A stretch of 64,000 nucleotides of DNA from Eledone cirrhosa (taxonomy: Eukaryota), in NCBI GenBank assembly GCA_964016885.1, contig OZ024751.1:14818001-14882000 (forward strand), written 5' to 3'. Below the pieces are notes generated by a model that saw only the letters and a program-made list of their open reading frames with translations, had not been told where the DNA came from and did not search any database. Positions 57,407 to 64,000 of this stretch are shown one piece after another; position 1 is the first letter of the stretch; every line of letters begins with the position of its first letter. The position numbers were made by a program, and so were the translations under genes.

Positions 57407-57595
57407 TGGAGGCGGTGGATTGGCAGTATTGGTAGAGTGTTGGACGCCATGCTTTCCAGCATAGTTACGTCCCTTTATGATCTGTGTTCAAATCCCGCCG
57501 AGGTTGATATTGCCTTTCATCCTTACGGGGTCGATAAAAATAAAGTACCAGTAATGCACTGGGTAATTGCTGGCCTTGTGCCTAAAGTAGAAACA
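57407..57595 (+). mobile_element. Full-length family A SINE with 19-bp TSD
   Basis: attaatttcacgctctgga at 57388-57406 and 57596-57614. Confidence 0.92.
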
Positions 57596-57731
57596 ATTAA
57601 TTTCACGCTCTGGAGAGTGGGGTGGTGGTGGGGAACGACGTTTCGGGCATAAGCCCTTCCTCAGGTGAGAAGTGTGTGGGAACAGAGTTCAAAGGGTGTG
57701 TAGGTGAGTGGTGGAGAGACATATAGCGAAA
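57596..57731 (-). mobile_element. PLE 3' end with hammerhead, same family as 25640-27420
   Basis: CTGAGGA-a-gggc-ttat-gccc-GAAA-cg-TC on the minus strand. Confidence 0.75.
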
Positions 57732-58154
57732 GGAAATGGGCGAAGTCAGGAAAATGAACACCCAGCGGCGGTTCCATCTTATCAGTCAATCAGTCAAACG
57801 CGAGAGATACGTTGTTTCACTGCTATATATATTTTAAGACATGGTAATTAAACGTACGCCTTCAAAACATTTCAGGGGAGTCTAGCGTTCAGGAGACAGA
57901 CATTATTGGAGATTTTACACGTATACTGACTTCCTCAATCTCACACACATACACGCACACAGAGACACATACACGCACACAGACACACACACACACAGAC
58001 ACACACACAGAGACAGAGACACATACACGCACACACACACACATATATATATATACAGGATGTCCCAAAAAATGTATACATTCTTTAACAGCATTCTAAT
58101 AAATATTGCCTGTACAGGTAATCAAAGTGTGTATACATTTTTTGGGACACCCCT

Positions 58155-58200
<46 letters not shown>

Positions 58201-58324
58201 GCGCACAGAAATATCCTTGATCCCCATCAGACAACTGATGAAGGAAAATTTTCTCCCGTTCCTCTTATTTATACGTACACCTTATCCAGCAACTACACCA
58301 GTCCCTGTTTCTTCTTATATATAT

Positions 58325-58519
58325 AACAAAGGAGTTGTGGTAAGGAACCAAATGGACCATAACGCACCAGAGTACTCAATAATTAGTAGTAGTAGAGTGG
58401 GAAATAGGAAAAAAGTATGACCCCGACGGCAGAGCTCAAGCCGTTTCGACGGCTATTTCTGGAGTCCAGAAATAGCCGTCGAAACGGCTTGAGCTCTGCC
58501 GTCGGGGTCATACTTTTTC
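58325..58519. mobile_element. Family E palindromic element plus tail
   Basis: Axis at 58464 (tctgga-g-tccaga). Confidence 0.8.
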
Positions 58520-58555
58520 ATATATATATATATATAACGATAACCTGTTATCCCG

Positions 58556-58593
<38 letters not shown>

Positions 58594-59763
58594 ATATTAT
58601 ATATATATTATATATATATATATATATTATATATATATGAATCCAGGGTTCAATCGGGGGTAACCTTAGTAAGTAAGGTACTCAATACATTAGTAGAGCA
58701 TATACAAAATTTAATATAGAAATGGCTTCTACGGGACTAGAACTGTTTCTTTCGAAGGAAATCAGAGAAAGAGAAATAGAAAGAGAGAGAGAGAAGGGAG
58801 AGGGAGATAAAGAGAGGGGAGAGAAGGAGGAAGGAGAGAAGGGAGATGAAGAGAAAGAGAGAGGAGAGAAGGAGAGAGAGAGAGTAAGAGAGGGAGAGAG
58901 AAGGGAGTTGGAGAGAAAGAGAGGAGAAGAGAGGGAGAGAGAGAGAGATAAAGAGATATATAAACACATATTTATACACGTAATGATGACACATTTACAG
59001 AGACGTTAGCATGTAAAAAAAAAAAAAAATGCCTGGTGGTATTTATTTCGGCCCTGTCTATACACACTCAGCTTAATTTCCGCTTTTGTGGCTGTTTAAG
59101 TTTGCCACTCATCAATTCAGTGTGATTCGGTGATCAGAACCAGGTCGGACGCCTGGTGCTACTTTTGGTAAGCCATTACATTCCAAGTTCAAAGGTTACA
59201 TTCTACTGTAGCCCACTTGGGTGGTAGACTTTAATCTGTAGCTCGGCTTAACACCACCTGGATGAACCGTGGCTGCCTTTGACAGAGATCAAGAATTTTG
59301 ACCAGGTCTCAGTTTTGACGATAAGCACTCTCTCTCCCCAGCCCACCAGAGTGTGTGGGGGAGAGGGGAGGGAGGGAGGGGAGGGGGAGTTAGGGAGGAC
59401 CTGGAAAGGGGTAAGGTGTGTTGCCCATCATTCCCTGATTAAAAAATCATGTGTGTGTTTACACATACATAAACACACAAATATGTGTAAATATATACAT
59501 AAACGCACACACACATATATATATAAATATATACATAAACGCACACACACATACACACATATATATATAAATATATACATAAACGCACACACACACTCAC
59601 ACACGCATATATATATATACATAAACACACATAAACACACACATATATATATACATAAATGCACGTACAACACACACACACACATATATATACATAAACG
59701 CACATACACATATATATACACATAATAAACGCAGATACACACATATAGATACACACACATCCT

Positions 59764-59817
<54 letters not shown>

Positions 59818-60265
59818 AATATATATATATATAATATATATATATATATATAAACATGTATTTATATATATAATATATAAATATATATATATAAACATGT
59901 ATTTATATATATAATATATAAATACATATATATATATAAACATGGTGTCCGGAAAAATGTATACACATATTTATTAGAATGCTGTTGAAGTATGTATACA
60001 TTTTTGGAGGACATCCTGCATATATACACACACATATATACACACACTTATATACACACACATATATACACACACTTATATACACACACTTATATACACA
60101 CATGTATACATAGCTACAGAATACATTTAGTTAGCAATATGTATATTAATTCATTAAAAGTAATTGCGGTAGAGATTACTGAGTGAAGTTATAAAATAAT
60201 GTCAGATAAGGACAGCTTTCGTATCTTACTGCTGTAAAGACTGAGCACATATTATAGACATTACA

Positions 60266-60323
<58 letters not shown>

Positions 60324-60421
60324 ATGTATATGCGTGTGTGCGTGTGTGTGTGTGTAAATATGTATATGTGTGTATCTAAATATGTATGTAGGATTGTATT
60401 TATGACATATATATATATACG

Positions 60422-60458
<37 letters not shown>

Positions 60459-60469
60459 ATGTATGTATG

Positions 60470-60505
<36 letters not shown>

Positions 60506-60567
60506 CGTGCGTGTGTGTGTAAATATGTATATGTGTGTATCTAAATATGTATGTAGGATTGTATTTA

Positions 60568-60688
<121 letters not shown>

Positions 60689-60772
60689 CTAAATATGTAT
60701 GTAGGATTGTATTTATGACATATATATATATATATGTATGTATATATATATATGTATGTATGTATGTATATA

Positions 60773-61673
<901 letters not shown>

Positions 61674-62046
61674 CACACATACATACACTATACAAGCAGG
61701 AATGACTTTACATATTAACATAAAGATAGACATTTAGTGATTTCAATAAACTTTATCTATTTTCATATCAAATTCATTGTGTCTTGTCTCTTTCTCACTA
61801 TATGTGTGTCTGTGTCTGCCTGTGCCTGATTGTGTCTCTGTGTGCCTGTATGTGTCTGTGTGTGTATGTGTCTGTGTGTGTATGTGTCTGTGTGTGTATG
61901 TGTGTATGCTATACACATGTATATACACCAAACAAGGAAACAATAAAAAAGTGTGATTGTTAACTTAGATATTATATGTGTATAGGAAAATCAATAAAAC
62001 ACATTTTGGACAATCATTATACATACATGCGCACACACAGACACAC

Positions 62047-62082
<36 letters not shown>

Positions 62083-62329
62083 ACACATATATATATATAT
62101 AGGCAAACATGTTCACATGCGCGCACACAAACAGATACACACATAGACACACAAACATATACATAGAAGCAATCTTGTTTACACATACACATACGCACAC
62201 GCACAAACCATCTGCCACACAGATATTTACAAGGATATATATGATATATAAATATAAATTCATAAGTGGAAGGAAACCAATAAGATCTATCTATCCCTCT
62301 CAGTCTGTCTGTCTGTCTCTATATATACA

Positions 62330-62399
<70 letters not shown>

Positions 62400-62400
<1 letters not shown>

Positions 62401-62538
62401 GTTATTCCGGGTTGAATCGGAGATAACCACAGTAACTAAGGTACTCAATACATAGCAGAGTATAAAAGTTTTAATATAGATGAGATTCTACAGGACTAGA
62501 ACTGTTTCATTCTTTAGAAATCATCAGGAATCGGCTTT
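62400..62538 (-). mobile_element. Linear copy of the 7955-8144 family with hammerhead (62484-62532)
   Basis: Near-identical sequence. Confidence 0.8.
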
Positions 62539-62628
<90 letters not shown>

Positions 62629-62772
62629 TATATATATATACATATATATATATATGTGTATATATGTATATATATGTATATATATATATATATGTGTGTA
62701 TATATGTATATATATGTATATATATATATATATGTGTGTATATATGTATATATATATGTGTATATATGTATA

Positions 62773-62873
<101 letters not shown>

Positions 62874-62910
62874 GAATATATATATATATATATGTTTATA
62901 TAAATATGTA

Positions 62911-62982
<72 letters not shown>

Positions 62983-62990
62983 AATATATA

Positions 62991-63042
<52 letters not shown>

Positions 63043-63328
63043 AAAGTTCAATTTAAATTGTTGGGATACAACAAGCAAATATTTTTATAACTGATATAAA
63101 GCACTCAACAAATAAGATAAACACATAAATATATATATATAGAGAGAGAGAGAGAGACAAACATATGTATATATAATGTAGCTTTCTTTATGTGTTTGTG
63201 TGTATACGTGCGTTTGTGTATATGTGTGTGTATATGTGTGAACGTCATTATGCCCTAAGTATTGTGGTAAAACTCACAGAGACATGAAGAAATGGAGAAG
63301 GAATGGAAGGCTATAAATATTAGTATAT

Positions 63329-64000
63329 TACCACCACCACCACTACTGCCATTGCTACCACCACGACCACCACCACCACCACCATTATATTACCACCACC
63401 ACCACCACCACCACTTCTACTATTACCACTACTACCACCACCATCACTACTGCCACCACCACCACCACTACCATCACTACTGCCATTGCTACCACCACCA
63501 CCACCACCACCACTTCTACTATTACCACTACTACCACCACCATCACTACTGCCACAACCACCACCACCGTCACTACTATTACCATCATCACTACCACCAC
63601 CACCATCACTGCCTCTACTATTACCACCACCACTGCCACTACTACTACCACCACCACTACTGCCACTACTATTACCATCACCACCACCACCACCACCACC
63701 ACCACTGCCACTATATTACCATCACCATCACCATCACCAAAGCCTCTACTATTACCACCACCATCACCACTGCCACTACAACTACCACCACTATCACTAC
63801 TAACCCACCACCACCACCATCACCACTGCCACTACAACTACCACCACTATCACTACTAACCCACCACCACCACCATCACCACTGCCACTACAACTACCAC
63901 CACTATCACTACTAACCCACCACCATCACCATCACCACTGCAACTACCACCACTATCACTACTAACCCACCACCATCACCATCACCACTGCCACTACAAC
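63329..64000. repeat. (ACC/ACT/ATC)n compound triplet repeat
   Basis: Direct inspection. Confidence 0.95.

Overview
Very AT-rich, microsatellite-saturated animal DNA, intergenic or intronic. The SINE and repeat make-up resembles a cephalopod (Octopus-like) genome, which is an inference. No intact host gene is recognisable, and most ORF-track entries are translations of simple repeats. Real coding remnants are all transposon-derived: two Penelope-like (PLE) fragments (RT+GIY-YIG, and GIY-YIG alone), RTE/RTEX LINE fragments, R4/Dong-like and CRE-like fragments, and a Helitron carrying the Pif1-helicase C-terminus. There are also many tRNA-derived SINEs, Tc1/mariner and hAT MITEs, and several minisatellites. 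The main unexplained signal is about 30 (counted by eye) minimal type-I hammerhead ribozyme motifs from roughly a dozen short non-coding families sitting in (TA)n tracts. Many lie in 100-520 bp fold-back palindromes whose symmetry axis is at or near the ribozyme, and several families share a TTGAGTRC motif near the terminus. One family is demonstrably the 3' end of the PLE at 54.2-55.8 kb. All coordinates were read by eye and may be off by a few bases.
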